Shown here piece after piece: positions 1 through 10,060 of a DNA stretch of 64,000 nt; the stretch's first letter is position 1, and each line of letters starts with the position of its first letter. Position numbers and translations under genes: made by a program. The notes beneath the pieces were generated by a model. That model saw only the letters and a program-made list of their open reading frames with translations, was not told the DNA's origin and did no database searches. The DNA comes from Leptonemataceae bacterium (GTDB taxonomy: Bacteria > Spirochaetota > Leptospiria > Leptospirales > Leptonemataceae), in the NCBI GenBank assembly GCA_965227295.1, contig OZ245742.1, positions 2,688,001-2,752,000 on the forward strand, given 5' to 3'.

Positions 1-264
1 GCGCGCGCCGCGAAAGCGTGAGGCCGCCCCGATCAACTGCGAACCCGCCTGGGTCAGCACGGCCTCGGCGGAATCGCGCGGCGCCTTCGTTGCATCGACG
101 GCATGCACCGAACTTTCCAGGGCCTGCGCGAAAGGTTCGAGGCGGTCGATGTACTCCGGAATGCGCGGTGGGTCCAGGCGGTCTTGAATTTCGCCGAAGG
201 TCGTGAGCACGTTGGAAAGATCGTGCCACAACGGTTGGAGATGATCGGGGAGGGCAGTGTGCAT
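1..264 (-). CDS. Hypothetical protein, N-terminal part; runs off the window edge
   Basis: ATG at 264 opens a stop-free frame to position 1 (MHTALPDHLQPLWHDLSNVLTTFGEIQDRLDPPRIPEYIDRLEPF...) with host-like codon usage. Divergent from radA. Confidence 0.65.
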   Translation of the reverse strand, partial: MHTALPDHLQPLWHDLSNVLTTFGEIQDRLDPPRIPEYIDRLEPFAQALESSVHAVDATKAPRDSAEAVLTQAGSQLIGAASRFRGAR

Positions 265-441
265 GCGTCAAAAGAACGCTGATCCTTCGACTGCATCAAG
301 GCAAACTCGCTGTAGATTCGCGAGGAAATCCAGTGGCGTGCCATACGGTTTCGTGAAATCCTGTCCGGCCACTTCAGATGCTATCATATTTTACAATCTT
401 CTGCGTCAATGGCGAAGAACCGTATTTCTGTCACACCCCCC

Positions 442-450
442 TGCTATACT
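442..450 (+). promoter_or_regulatory. Extended -10 promoter element (TGcTATACT); radA mRNA probably leaderless or near-leaderless
   Basis: TGCTATACT ends 8 nt before the radA ATG, and no Shine-Dalgarno is visible. Confidence 0.5.
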
Positions 451-458
451 GAACCGAC

Positions 459-1898
459 ATGAGTAAAAAAAGCAAATCCCGCACCGCCTACGTTTGCACC
501 GCGTGTCACGAGGAGTTCTCGCGCTGGGCCGGTAAGTGTCCGTCGTGCGAAGCCTGGAACTCCCTGGAAGAACGCACCGCCGCCCCCGCGTTCAGTGGGG
601 CGCCGGCGTCGTCCGGAAAAACCGGGGTGCGCCTGGAACCCATCGCCCCGCTCTCGCAGATCGCATCCGAAGAAGAACAGCGCATGACGACGGGCATCGC
701 CGAGCTCGATCTCGTCCTCGGTGGCGGCCTCGTCCCGGGCGCGTTCGTCCTCGTGGGCGGCGAACCCGGCGTCGGCAAATCGACCTTGCTCCTGGAAATC
801 GCGCGCTCGTTCACCGGCGGCAAACGCAAGTTCTACTACTTTACCGGCGAGGAATCCGTGCAACAGGTCGCCCTGCGCGCGCGACGCATGAGCGTCACCG
901 GTGAGGCGGCCGGGAGCGGCGACGCCGGCGATCAATTGTTCATTTCGCGTGAGACCGACCTTGACAACATCTGCGCGCGCATCGCCCGGGAGCGCCCGGC
1001 CCTGGCGGCCATCGATTCCATCCAGACCGTGTACGGCGCGCGGCGGGACACGCTGCCCGGAAGCACGGCCCAGCTAAAAGAAGCCGCGTTGATGCTGCTC
1101 GAAACCGCGAAGTCCGCCCGGGTGCCGATCCTCGTTACCGGCCACATCACCAAGGACGGCGCCATCGCCGGGCCGCGCCTGCTCGAACACATGGTGGACA
1201 CGGTACTGTACTTCGAAAGCGATCGGCTGAATCATTACCGCATGCTGCGGGCCGTAAAAAACCGTTTCGGCCCCGTGGGGGAGGCGGCCTTCTTCGAAAT
1301 GGGACACGGCGGCCTGCAAACGCCGGCCGACGGCTTGCGCCCCGCGGCCCACAGTCCCGAGGATTCGGCGCCGGGCCGGCTCTACTCGGCCATGCTTGAG
1401 GGCAGTCGGGCCATCGGTGTGGAGGTCCAGTCCCTGGTCACGCGGTCCCCGTACGGTCCGGCCCGGCGCATCACCGAGGGCCTGGACAACCGGCGCCTCA
1501 TTTTAATTGCCGCGGTCCTGGAGAAGTTCTTGAAAGTCCGGCTGGCTGAATGCGATATCTTTGCGAACCTGGCCGGAGGACTGGATGCCGACGAACCGGC
1601 CCTCGATCTCGCGGTTGCCGCGGCCATCCTTTCGTCTTACCAGGAGACGGTGCCGGGCAGCGTGGGTTGCGTCGGCGAGGTCGGTCTTTCGGGCGAAGTG
1701 CGCCCGGTGGCCCGCCTGGCCGAACGCATCGCCGAACTCGAACGCATCGGTTGCCGTCGAATTCTGGTACCGGCCGGCAGCGAAGATCTGCGCGCGAGCG
1801 TCGGCGGGGTGGAGTTCATTCCGCTGCGCAGCGTCGGGGAACTGGCGGCGTTGCTCGGCGCGACGAATGCAGGCGCGGACGGGAACAGTAAAACATAG
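459..1898 (+). CDS. radA: DNA repair protein RadA/Sms
   Basis: N-terminal CxxC-x-CxxC zinc finger, Walker A GEPGVGKST, IDSIQT, KNRFG signature and Lon-like C-terminus. Confidence 0.97.
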   Translation: MSKKSKSRTAYVCTACHEEFSRWAGKCPSCEAWNSLEERTAAPAFSGAPASSGKTGVRLEPIAPLSQIASEEEQRMTTGIAELDLVLGGGLVPGAFVLVGGEPGVGKSTLLLEIARSFTGGKRKFYYFTGEESVQQVALRARRMSVTGEAAGSGDAGDQLFISRETDLDNICARIARERPALAAIDSIQTVYGARRDTLPGSTAQLKEAALMLLETAKSARVPILVTGHITKDGAIAGPRLLEHMVDTVLYFESDRLNHYRMLRAVKNRFGPVGEAAFFEMGHGGLQTPADGLRPAAHSPEDSAPGRLYSAMLEGSRAIGVEVQSLVTRSPYGPARRITEGLDNRRLILIAAVLEKFLKVRLAECDIFANLAGGLDADEPALDLAVAAAILSSYQETVPGSVGCVGEVGLSGEVRPVARLAERIAELERIGCRRILVPAGSEDLRASVGGVEFIPLRSVGELAALLGATNAGADGNSKT

Positions 1899-1899
1899 T

Positions 1900-2193
1900 A
1901 TGATGATCCGAAACCTACTTCGATTCACGGCCGGCCTGGCCGTTCTCAGCGCACTGCTCTTCACGGGAGTTTCCTGCCGGGCGGACCCCCGGCCGGACGA
2001 CGTGGATCGCATTCGCAAAGATTTTCTGGAACTGCGTTTTCGGGCGCCCCTGGATCCGCGCCTGGAAAACAAGAGCGACCTGGAACTCTTTCGGCTCGTC
2101 TGCGCGAGCCAGAACGTGCAATGCGAGCCCGTGCTGGAAATGCTCAAAGAACAGGACCCGGAATTCTACCAGACCCTGCGGCAGTCGGAGTAG
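1900..2193 (+). CDS. Small putative lipoprotein
   Basis: ATG 1 nt after the radA stop; hydrophobic signal ending FTGVS-C; 97 aa. Confidence 0.75.
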   Translation: MMIRNLLRFTAGLAVLSALLFTGVSCRADPRPDDVDRIRKDFLELRFRAPLDPRLENKSDLELFRLVCASQNVQCEPVLEMLKEQDPEFYQTLRQSE

Positions 2194-2211
2194 TCGCATA
2201 AAGTGTAGCCT

Positions 2212-3657
2212 ATGAATCTTAAGAATTTTTTCTCGAAAGTTAAGCCCGGTCGCCGCGGTGAAAGCGGATTTCGCCGGGAGCGCCGGCTGTGGATCGTTCT
2301 GTTGACCGCGAGTCTGGTGGTGAACGTCTTCGCCTTTGCTTCGCCGGCCCTCGCGAACCGGGAATCGTCTCACCGTTACCAGCAAATCTTACAATACCTG
2401 CTCTACTACATGCAGAATCTCTACGTCGAGCCGGTGAGCGAGGAGCGCCTGTTAGAAGGCGCCGTGCGCGGTCTGCTGGCTTCGGCGGACGATCCTTACA
2501 CGCGTTTTCTTAACCGTGATGAACTCAAAGAATTCCTGAGCATGGAAGAGGGGCGACGCGTCGGCATCGGCGTCGAGGTCTCTCTGCAAGACGGCGTGCC
2601 GGTGGTCATCGCGCCCATCGCCGGCGGTCCGGCGGAGAAGGCCGGCATCCAGCCGGGCGATCGCATCCTGAGCGTGGACGGTACGAAGACCGAGGACGTG
2701 CCCTTCGGCAAACTCGTGGAGCTGATCACCGGTCGGCGCGGAACCATCGTGGAGCTGGGCATCGGGCGGCCGGGGGACCCGGAGGATCGCGGCCCGCGTA
2801 AGATTCGCATCACCCGCGATGAATTCGACCTGCGTTACGTGCGCGCCCTGTACTTCGAAGAAGAGCAGATCGGCTATCTACGTTTGTATCACTTCTTCGG
2901 CGAAGAGAGCGGCAGCGTCGAAGAGTTCCGGTCCGCGCTCCAGGACTTCAAGCGCCGGGGCGCCCGGGGCCTGGTCGTCGATCTGCGCTCGAATCCCGGC
3001 GGTCATCTGCGCATGGCCGGTACGCTCACCGGCTACTTTCTCGAAGCCGGCCAGGTCATCGTGCGCGCGAAGGGACGCGGCGAAGATTTGAATACCGAAA
3101 TTCGCGCCGAGGGTGAGACCGGTATCGCCCGCAAGGACTGGCCCATCGTCGTGCTGATCAACGAGGGTTCGGCGTCGGCGTCGGAGATCATGGCCGGCGC
3201 GCTCCAGGACCACGGCCGGGCGAAGCTCGTCGGCGCGCGCAGCTTCGGCAAGGCCTCGGTGCAAAAAGTACTGCGCCCGCTTCCGGGAGACACGGCCGCC
3301 TTAATTACGATTCAGAAGTACTTTACGCCGAATAACCGCGCCATCCACGGCAAGGGCCTCGAGCCGGACATTGCCGTGCCCTCGCTGCGCCCCGACGCAA
3401 AACAGCGCCAGGTGCTCTTCGAACTCGAAGAAGAAAAGTTCTTTGACGACTTCATGAAAAAACACGAGCGCTTTGAGCCGGGTCTCGCCGATCTTTTACG
3501 CGCAGAGTTTGAAAGACGCGGCGTGGAAATTGACCGTGCGCTGTGCACTCTGATTCTCCGGGAGCAGTACGGAACCTACAATCCCGGCGGCCCCGATCCG
3601 GACGCCGATCCGCAACTGGCCCGGGCACTGGCGGAAATTCAGAACGCCGCGCGCTGA
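2212..3657 (+). CDS. ctpA: S41 family carboxyl-terminal processing protease (PDZ + peptidase)
   Basis: DPYT, GIGV PDZ region, DLRSNPGG, SASASEI catalytic Ser and SFGKASVQ. Confidence 0.93.
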   Translation: MNLKNFFSKVKPGRRGESGFRRERRLWIVLLTASLVVNVFAFASPALANRESSHRYQQILQYLLYYMQNLYVEPVSEERLLEGAVRGLLASADDPYTRFLNRDELKEFLSMEEGRRVGIGVEVSLQDGVPVVIAPIAGGPAEKAGIQPGDRILSVDGTKTEDVPFGKLVELITGRRGTIVELGIGRPGDPEDRGPRKIRITRDEFDLRYVRALYFEEEQIGYLRLYHFFGEESGSVEEFRSALQDFKRRGARGLVVDLRSNPGGHLRMAGTLTGYFLEAGQVIVRAKGRGEDLNTEIRAEGETGIARKDWPIVVLINEGSASASEIMAGALQDHGRAKLVGARSFGKASVQKVLRPLPGDTAALITIQKYFTPNNRAIHGKGLEPDIAVPSLRPDAKQRQVLFELEEEKFFDDFMKKHERFEPGLADLLRAEFERRGVEIDRALCTLILREQYGTYNPGGPDPDADPQLARALAEIQNAAR

Positions 3658-3679
3658 GCCGGGAACCGGGGGCAGTGCC

Positions 3680-5251
3680 TTGCGGGAAGATCCTACACAG
3701 CAGCCACGACAGGGAAAGCCCCGCCGCCGCGCTTACCTGGCGTTGCGCATCGGCCTGCTGTACGTCCTTTTGGCCGCGGTCAACATCACGTTCTTCTCGG
3801 TGGTGATCCTTGAAAACCAATCGGACCTCCTGCTGGGCAACTTCAAATACCGCGCTGAGAGCATCGTGAAGTCCGTACTGGACGAAGATGTGGCGGATCT
3901 GCGCTTTCCGGCGCAGCCGCCCGCCCCGGAGTACGAACTCTTGCGCGGCACGCTCGATGCCTACGATGTCCAGCGCTACGTCATCTTCGATACGCAGGGC
4001 CGTGTGCGTGACGCTTACGTCAGCGCGGAGGGCGAAGCACAGACTCCGGCTCCGAATCCCGGGGAACGCGTCGAGGCGGAGCTGCTGGACAAAATCGTGG
4101 AGTTTACAAAAGAAGAGAGCCTCTTTCGATCCCGCTACATCATCGACCTGGACGAAGAACGCTGGTCGCTGGACTTCCTGCTGCCGTTGTCGGGCCGGGG
4201 CGAACGCCTCTTTCTCGCCGCGAACCTGAACGTGCGCACCATGCAGGAGCGCGTGCAGTATCTACAATTTCAGGTGCTGCTCGCCGTCGTCTGGGGTGTG
4301 ATCTTTCATCTGCTGTTTGCGATCTTTGTCTTTCGCTTAATCTTTCGCCGTGTGAACTTACTAAAAGGGGCGAGCCTGCGCATGGCCGGCGGCCGGTTGA
4401 ACAGCCGGGCCGACTGGAATCGCGGCCGCACCGAGGACGAACTGGACGAACTCGGCGACGCCTTCAATTCCATGGCGGCGAACATTCAGGACCAGGTGGA
4501 AACCATCACCGATTTGAACGATCAAATCCAGAACGAACTCGCCATCGGCCAGGAAGTGCAGGAACTTTTTCTCGGCGATGAGGATCTCATCGAAAGTTTG
4601 AAGCCCGCTTTGTTGTACCGGCCGCTGCGCCAGGTCAGCGGCGACGTCTATAAGTACTTCGAGTTCGAGGACGGCAGCCGGGCCGTGTTTTTCGCCGACG
4701 CCTCCGGTCACGGCGTATCCGCGGCGCTGGTGACGACCATCACCCTGCTTTCCCTGGACGAAGTGCTGCGTGAACACCGCGAACCGTGCAAGATCATGGA
4801 AGAGCTCAGCAATCTCATGGCCGTTCGGCTGGACACCACCTTCTTCGCCACGGCGGTGTTCGTGTACTTCGAAGCCGGCGGTGCCGTGCATCTTACGAAT
4901 GCCGGGCACAACGCCCCGTTGATCCTGCCCGCCGACGGCGGCGAGCTGCGGGAGATCAAACCTCACGGCCCGCCCCTGGGTTTCATTGAGGACGCCCCGT
5001 ACAAACAGGAGACGGTTTCCTTAACTTCCAGTGATCGAATCTTTCTCTACACGGACGGACTGACCGAGGCCGCCAACGTCGCCGCAGGGGACGAAAAAGA
5101 ACTTTACGGTATCGAGCGGGTGGAGGCGATCCTGGATCAACGACGCGGGGAAAGCGCGGAAAAAATCATTGAGCACCTGGAACAGGACTTCGACGCCTTC
5201 GCCGGTCACATCACCGACGACGTAACCGTGCTGATCCTGGAGGTACCGTAG
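3680..5251 (+). CDS. Membrane HAMP + SpoIIE/PP2C (RsbU-like) Ser/Thr phosphatase
   Basis: Two TM segments, HAMP (DELDELGDAFNSMA), SGDVY, DASGHG, NAGH, YTDGLTE and DDVT. Confidence 0.92.
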   Translation: MREDPTQQPRQGKPRRRAYLALRIGLLYVLLAAVNITFFSVVILENQSDLLLGNFKYRAESIVKSVLDEDVADLRFPAQPPAPEYELLRGTLDAYDVQRYVIFDTQGRVRDAYVSAEGEAQTPAPNPGERVEAELLDKIVEFTKEESLFRSRYIIDLDEERWSLDFLLPLSGRGERLFLAANLNVRTMQERVQYLQFQVLLAVVWGVIFHLLFAIFVFRLIFRRVNLLKGASLRMAGGRLNSRADWNRGRTEDELDELGDAFNSMAANIQDQVETITDLNDQIQNELAIGQEVQELFLGDEDLIESLKPALLYRPLRQVSGDVYKYFEFEDGSRAVFFADASGHGVSAALVTTITLLSLDEVLREHREPCKIMEELSNLMAVRLDTTFFATAVFVYFEAGGAVHLTNAGHNAPLILPADGGELREIKPHGPPLGFIEDAPYKQETVSLTSSDRIFLYTDGLTEAANVAAGDEKELYGIERVEAILDQRRGESAEKIIEHLEQDFDAFAGHITDDVTVLILEVP

Positions 5252-5252
5252 C

Positions 5253-6878
5253 ATGGAGCGCGAAGGCCGCTGGTACGCCGGCGCGAGCGGCGGCACGCTG
5301 GCCGTGCTGATCGTGCTGTTGCTCTTTGCGCTTGTCGGCCAGGCCATCATCCAGGTGAAACTCCTGGAACTGCGCGTGCAGGTTTCCCGGGATCGCCTGT
5401 TCAACTACGAGTTGTCCAGCCGGGTGCTCAAGGCGCGTTTTCGCAGCATGATCGGCAGCGCTTCCGCGCGGGAAGACTTTCGTACCGAGGTGGAACGCAA
5501 CGTTCTTGAATCGCGCATTCTCAACGAGGCCAACCCCGAGGAACTGGAAACCGGGGCGATCGTAGACTTCGGAACGGCGGTAATCAATTCCGTACGTTTG
5601 TTGTCGTTGCGTCCGCTGCTGGAATTGCGACAGGGTCAGACCCTGCTCGTGCGTTTGAAGTACGCCTTTTATCTGGAACGCAATCGCCGGTACGGGGCGG
5701 CGGCGGAGCGGTACGCGCAGTTGAGCGAAGACCTGGGGAATTCCCGGGACGACACGGCCGGTTTTGTTCGATTGCACCACGGATTCTGCGAGGCCGTGGC
5801 CGGTCGCCGGGAGCGCGCCCTGGAGATTCTCGAAGGCGTCGAGACGAACTTCCCCGCGACGCACTACGCACAGACCGCCGCGCTCTTGATCCGGATCCTG
5901 CGCGACAACCAGCGTCGCCGCGCCGAGATCGTGGCCGGTGAAGACAGCGCTCTGGAGCGGGCCCGTAAGTTCTATCGATCCAAACTTTACCGCGAAGCCA
6001 TTGACACCTATGCGACGATCCTGCCGGTGGGGGTTCCGCCCTTCGATGAATACCGGTTGTCGCGTTCCTACGAGGAGGCGGGTCGCGTGGAAACCGCGGT
6101 GCGGGGTTACGTTGCCATCGTAGAAAAGGACGAGGATCCGGCCGCGGTTCGAGAAGCTACTCGACGTCTGCTCCTGCTCGGAACGTTTCACGGAGTCGGC
6201 GGCGGGGTCCGTCGTTTTGCCGAAGAATCCGCCGCCCGTCAGGGCGACGACGCCGTACTCGAAGAGATCCGGACGGCCGACCAGGAAATCAAAAGGGCCG
6301 TCGTCGTAGAAGAGATCCGGGAGATTCAGAGCCGGGCGGAGTCAGGCGAAGCGGCGGATGCCGCTGCGCTGGCCGTGCCGGCGCGGGAATTCGAAGCCGA
6401 AGAAATCCGGGAGATTCAGCTGCAAGAAGTACTGCCGGAGTTTGTGCCGGAAGATTCTTCGCCCGAGCAAACGGAACCGACTCCGCGTCGTGACAATCCG
6501 CAGCGAGAAGGATCACCGGATTCCCTGAACGGTGTGCTGCACGTTGAGTTGAACGACGGTCGTCGTGTGAAGGTCGAATCCGCCGCCTTCACCGGCGACG
6601 GTTTCGTAGAATTGCGGGCCCGCTTTCCCGTGCGCGTTCCCGTGACCGTCGTGCGCTCGATTCGCGCGGCCTGGGACGGGCCCGTACCGGCATCCCGGGC
6701 ACCGCGGGCGGAACTCATTCTGCGCAATCGCGATGGTGACCGAATTTCGGGCGGCATCGTAACCTTATCCGAAACCGGCGCCGTCGTCTCCGGCTCCGGT
6801 CGGAACGTAAGATTGGACCTTGCAGACGTACAGGCAATCGAAGTTAGCATGGAAGAAGCTCCGGAGCGAGGCCGGTGA
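5253..6878 (+). CDS. Membrane-anchored tetratricopeptide-repeat protein with C-terminal beta-domains
   Basis: N-terminal TM, TPR-like helices (ALEILEGVETNFPATHYA; YREAIDTYATIL), acidic linker and ELxDG-type beta modules. Closely coupled to both neighbours. Confidence 0.75.
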   Translation: MEREGRWYAGASGGTLAVLIVLLLFALVGQAIIQVKLLELRVQVSRDRLFNYELSSRVLKARFRSMIGSASAREDFRTEVERNVLESRILNEANPEELETGAIVDFGTAVINSVRLLSLRPLLELRQGQTLLVRLKYAFYLERNRRYGAAAERYAQLSEDLGNSRDDTAGFVRLHHGFCEAVAGRRERALEILEGVETNFPATHYAQTAALLIRILRDNQRRRAEIVAGEDSALERARKFYRSKLYREAIDTYATILPVGVPPFDEYRLSRSYEEAGRVETAVRGYVAIVEKDEDPAAVREATRRLLLLGTFHGVGGGVRRFAEESAARQGDDAVLEEIRTADQEIKRAVVVEEIREIQSRAESGEAADAAALAVPAREFEAEEIREIQLQEVLPEFVPEDSSPEQTEPTPRRDNPQREGSPDSLNGVLHVELNDGRRVKVESAAFTGDGFVELRARFPVRVPVTVVRSIRAAWDGPVPASRAPRAELILRNRDGDRISGGIVTLSETGAVVSGSGRNVRLDLADVQAIEVSMEEAPERGR

Positions 6879-7960
6879 AAGCACGCGCGCCCGGCATCTC
6901 GGTGCGGTTCGGTATGTTCCTGCTTGCCGCCCTGGCCTGGCTTCCGGCGCCGGTTCGCGCGGACATACTGCAACTGGAAGGTGGAGAAAAAATTGAAGGA
7001 TTTTACTCCGGCGAAGTGGGGGATCGTGTTATCATGATTCTCTGGGACGGCAGCCGGAGGGAGGTCCCCACCGCGAACGTGAAGCGCCTGGAGATGGGCT
7101 ACACCGGTGTGCCGTTGTGTTACGGGCTCCGGGGCAACGAAGACGCCGAAGAACTGCGCTGTAATGTACTCTTACATAAAGTTACGAACGACCGCATGGT
7201 CATCGCCGAAGGACCGGGCTATACCACGTTGACGGAGATTCCTCTGGAAGATGTAGCCGTGGCGCAGTTACGCCGCCGGGCCGATTTTCAACGCCTGGCG
7301 CCGGTTTTGCGTCCCGGTCTGCGCGTGCGTGCGCAGGATCGCAACGGTGCTGAGATCTCCGGCGAAATCGTCGACGTCAGCGACGCCGGCGTTCGCCTGC
7401 GAGACGAGGCCGGCGAAGAACGCCTGGTGCGGGAAGACCAGGTGGCACTCATGGCCATCACGAAAACAGAAACGGAACAGAAGCCGGATCCCTTGCGCGA
7501 GCCCGAGGGCGAAACGGAAAAGCAACCGGACGAACCTGAAATCGCCTCGCGACGGTTTTCGGCCTGGGATCTCTATCCCGGCATTCCTCAGTACCGCGCC
7601 GGTGAACGATTACTCGGCGCCGCCATCGCCGCAAGTTTTCACGTGATGCTCGGCGGATTTTACCTGGAGTTTCGCGCGGCCGAAGACGCGGCGACCCGGG
7701 CCGACTCCGATCCCACGGTGCTTCTCTTCAACAATACCACGTACCTCGAAGACTTCCAACGACACCAGCGCAATCAAACGATCCTCGGCGGCCTGGTCGC
7801 CGCCGTCTACTTCTGGCACCTCACGGACTGGTTTTACCTGGGCCCACCGGAGGCCGCGTCGACCGAAGCGGCGCCGGCATTAATGTTATACGAGCGCAAG
7901 TTAACGGACGGCCTGCACGAAGAATCCGTACACGAACTGCGTCTGGAATGGCGCTTTTAA
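6875..7960 (+). CDS. Exported/outer-membrane hypothetical protein
   Basis: GTG overlaps the upstream stop; signal peptide (PVRA-DIL); PGIPQY..G motif followed by hydrophobic helices; ends LRLEWRF. Confidence 0.7.
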   Translation: MKARAPGISVRFGMFLLAALAWLPAPVRADILQLEGGEKIEGFYSGEVGDRVIMILWDGSRREVPTANVKRLEMGYTGVPLCYGLRGNEDAEELRCNVLLHKVTNDRMVIAEGPGYTTLTEIPLEDVAVAQLRRRADFQRLAPVLRPGLRVRAQDRNGAEISGEIVDVSDAGVRLRDEAGEERLVREDQVALMAITKTETEQKPDPLREPEGETEKQPDEPEIASRRFSAWDLYPGIPQYRAGERLLGAAIAASFHVMLGGFYLEFRAAEDAATRADSDPTVLLFNNTTYLEDFQRHQRNQTILGGLVAAVYFWHLTDWFYLGPPEAASTEAAPALMLYERKLTDGLHEESVHELRLEWRF

Positions 7961-8583
7961 ACGATCGAAACTGCATGGATCTCCCCGTTCCCGACAGCCG
8001 TACGATCACTTTGCAGAGCCGCGATTCGGAGAAGCTCGAGTCCGTGTGGGATGAGCTGCGCCGCAGGTTGCTTCTGCACTGCGACGATCGTTTCATCAAA
8101 GCCTACTTCGGCGGCCTGCGGCATGTGCTGCGCGAACTCGTATTCAATGCGCTCAAGGCGAATCTCAAACGCATCTACCTGGAAGAGCTGCGGAGTTCCG
8201 GCGTCCAGGAGGACGGGTTGTCTTCGAATTTTATCCGTCGTTTCCGGCAGCGTTTGCAGGAAGACCCGCACAGCCTCATGCAAAAAGCCGAACAGAGCAG
8301 CTATCGGGTTCAGGTTCGTTTTTTCAGTGAGCAGACGGGATTCCACATCGTCATCGAAAACAATTCGGAAATTTTACCCGTCGAACGCAGTCGCGTGGAG
8401 GACGTCCTGAACGGTCGCGGACTGGAATTTGATCCGGCCGCCGAGCCGGATGCCGAGGGCGGCGGACTGGGATTACACATGATTCGTACGATCCTGGAAA
8501 ACAGCGGCCTGGGCATGTCCAGCCTGAGATTTGACGCCGGCCCTGGACGGACCGCCTTCACGCTTCGGGTGTCCGCGCATTAG
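7948..8583 (+). CDS. HATPase-fold anti-sigma/serine kinase-like protein
   Basis: N-box ELVFNALKAN and G2-box EGGGLGLHMI; directly upstream of a STAS gene. Start could be 7975. Confidence 0.75.
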   Translation: MALLNDRNCMDLPVPDSRTITLQSRDSEKLESVWDELRRRLLLHCDDRFIKAYFGGLRHVLRELVFNALKANLKRIYLEELRSSGVQEDGLSSNFIRRFRQRLQEDPHSLMQKAEQSSYRVQVRFFSEQTGFHIVIENNSEILPVERSRVEDVLNGRGLEFDPAAEPDAEGGGLGLHMIRTILENSGLGMSSLRFDAGPGRTAFTLRVSAH

Positions 8584-8631
8584 ATTGACAGCCTTTGGAG
8601 TTGCAGTAATCAGGAACAGGAGTCTAACGAA

Positions 8632-8958
8632 ATGGAAATGCAGGTTCGTGACATCGGAAAACACCGGGTGGTCGCCATCTCCGGCGAACTCGATCTCTAC
8701 AACGTCGGTAAGTTGAAGAAGCAACTCCTGCCGATTTTGAAAGAGGATCCGACATCGATGGTCGTAGATCTGAAGGAACTGAAGTACATGGACTCCTCGG
8801 GTATCGCGCTCATGGCGCACTGCCGCAAAAAGGTTCTCGAAAAGGGCGGCGAATTTTTCTTAATGAGCGTCGGCGACGATATTCGCAACGTCCTGCGCCT
8901 GGCCGCCCTGGAAGATTTTTTCAATTTTCTGGAAGGCGAGGATCAGCTCCCGGCGTGA
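8632..8958 (+). CDS. STAS-domain anti-sigma factor antagonist
   Basis: GELD and DLKELKYMDSSGI (phosphoacceptor Ser); RBS AGGAG; 108 aa. Confidence 0.93.
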   Translation: MEMQVRDIGKHRVVAISGELDLYNVGKLKKQLLPILKEDPTSMVVDLKELKYMDSSGIALMAHCRKKVLEKGGEFFLMSVGDDIRNVLRLAALEDFFNFLEGEDQLPA

Positions 8959-10001
8959 GCCTCGTTCTCGGCATCGAAAGTTCCTGCGACGAAACCTCCG
9001 TGGCCGTGGTGCGGGACGGACGTCGGAGCCTCGCCAACGTCATTTACTCCCAGATCGATCGCCACGCGCCGTTTCGCGGCGTGGTCCCGGAAATCGCGAG
9101 CCGGGCGCACCTCGAAAAGATCAACGATGTTTATGCCGCCGCCCTGGACCAGGCCGGCGTGTCCCCCGCGGACCTGGACTGCGTCGCGGTAAGCGTTCGT
9201 CCGGGCCTGGTCGGTTCGCTCATGGTTGGTGCGCAACTGGCGAAGTGCCTGGCCCTCGTGCATGATCTTCCTGTAGTCCCCGTGGATCACCTCGAAGCGC
9301 ACATGTATGCGCCGTGCCTGGAGTTCGAGCCGGACGAATCGCTGGAGTATCCCTTTCTCGGATTGTTGCTGAGCGGCGGCAACTCGGCAATCTATCGCGT
9401 CGACGCTCCCGGCCGTCTGGAACTCCTCGGCGATACCCGGGACGATGCCTGCGGCGAAGCCTTCGATAAAATTGCCGCGCTCCTGGAACTGCCCTATCCC
9501 GGCGGACCCTTCATCGAAAAAAAAGCCGGCGAGCACCCGGATCAGGGATGGACCGAAGAGGCCTCGTTATTTCCGCGCCTGCTCCGGAACCTGCCCGGCA
9601 ACGAACTTGCGTTTTCCTTCTCGGGCATCAAGACCGCCGTGGCCCGGGCCGTCCGTGACGGCCACGAAACCGCCCGCATTGCGTATGATTTTCAGCATGT
9701 CGTCTTCGAGCTTGTGGTCCGCAACCTGCGCCGCGCGATGAAAAAAACACGCATTCCGCGCATCGTCGCCTCGGGCGGCGTGCTCGCGAACGACTCGCTG
9801 CGCGGGCACCTGCGCGCTCTGGAACCGGAACTCGTCGAGCAGGGTGGCTGGATTCGCTGGCCCGCGAAGAAGTTCCACTGCACCGATAACGCGGGCATGG
9901 TGGCCGCCCTGGGCTCGGTCCTTTTCGCTGAGGCCCCCGAACGTTACACCGGGGCGCAGCTCGATTTTTCTGTGAGCAGTCGGAGCTCTTTTGCGGTCTA
10001 G
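8955..10001 (+). CDS. tsaD: tRNA N6-adenosine threonylcarbamoyltransferase
   Basis: LGIESSCDET, VVPEIASRAH, HLEAH, DDACGEAFDK, FSFSGIKT and TDNAGM. Confidence 0.96.
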   Translation: MSLVLGIESSCDETSVAVVRDGRRSLANVIYSQIDRHAPFRGVVPEIASRAHLEKINDVYAAALDQAGVSPADLDCVAVSVRPGLVGSLMVGAQLAKCLALVHDLPVVPVDHLEAHMYAPCLEFEPDESLEYPFLGLLLSGGNSAIYRVDAPGRLELLGDTRDDACGEAFDKIAALLELPYPGGPFIEKKAGEHPDQGWTEEASLFPRLLRNLPGNELAFSFSGIKTAVARAVRDGHETARIAYDFQHVVFELVVRNLRRAMKKTRIPRIVASGGVLANDSLRGHLRALEPELVEQGGWIRWPAKKFHCTDNAGMVAALGSVLFAEAPERYTGAQLDFSVSSRSSFAV

Positions 10002-10060
10002 CCGGCGAGAGAAAACATGATTTACAGGCAGGCTTGCCGACGTAAAACAGCTCCCATCTT

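Noticed and set aside
440..452. Leptospira-type LexA box before radA
   Set aside because: Only the TGCTATAC core matches; the TTTG/CAAA palindromic flanks are absent. Better explained as an extended -10.
6308..6420. Duplicated GAAGARATCCGGGAGATTCAG (EEIREIQ twice)
   Set aside because: Short in-frame duplication within a low-complexity linker; no sign of a mobile or regulatory role.
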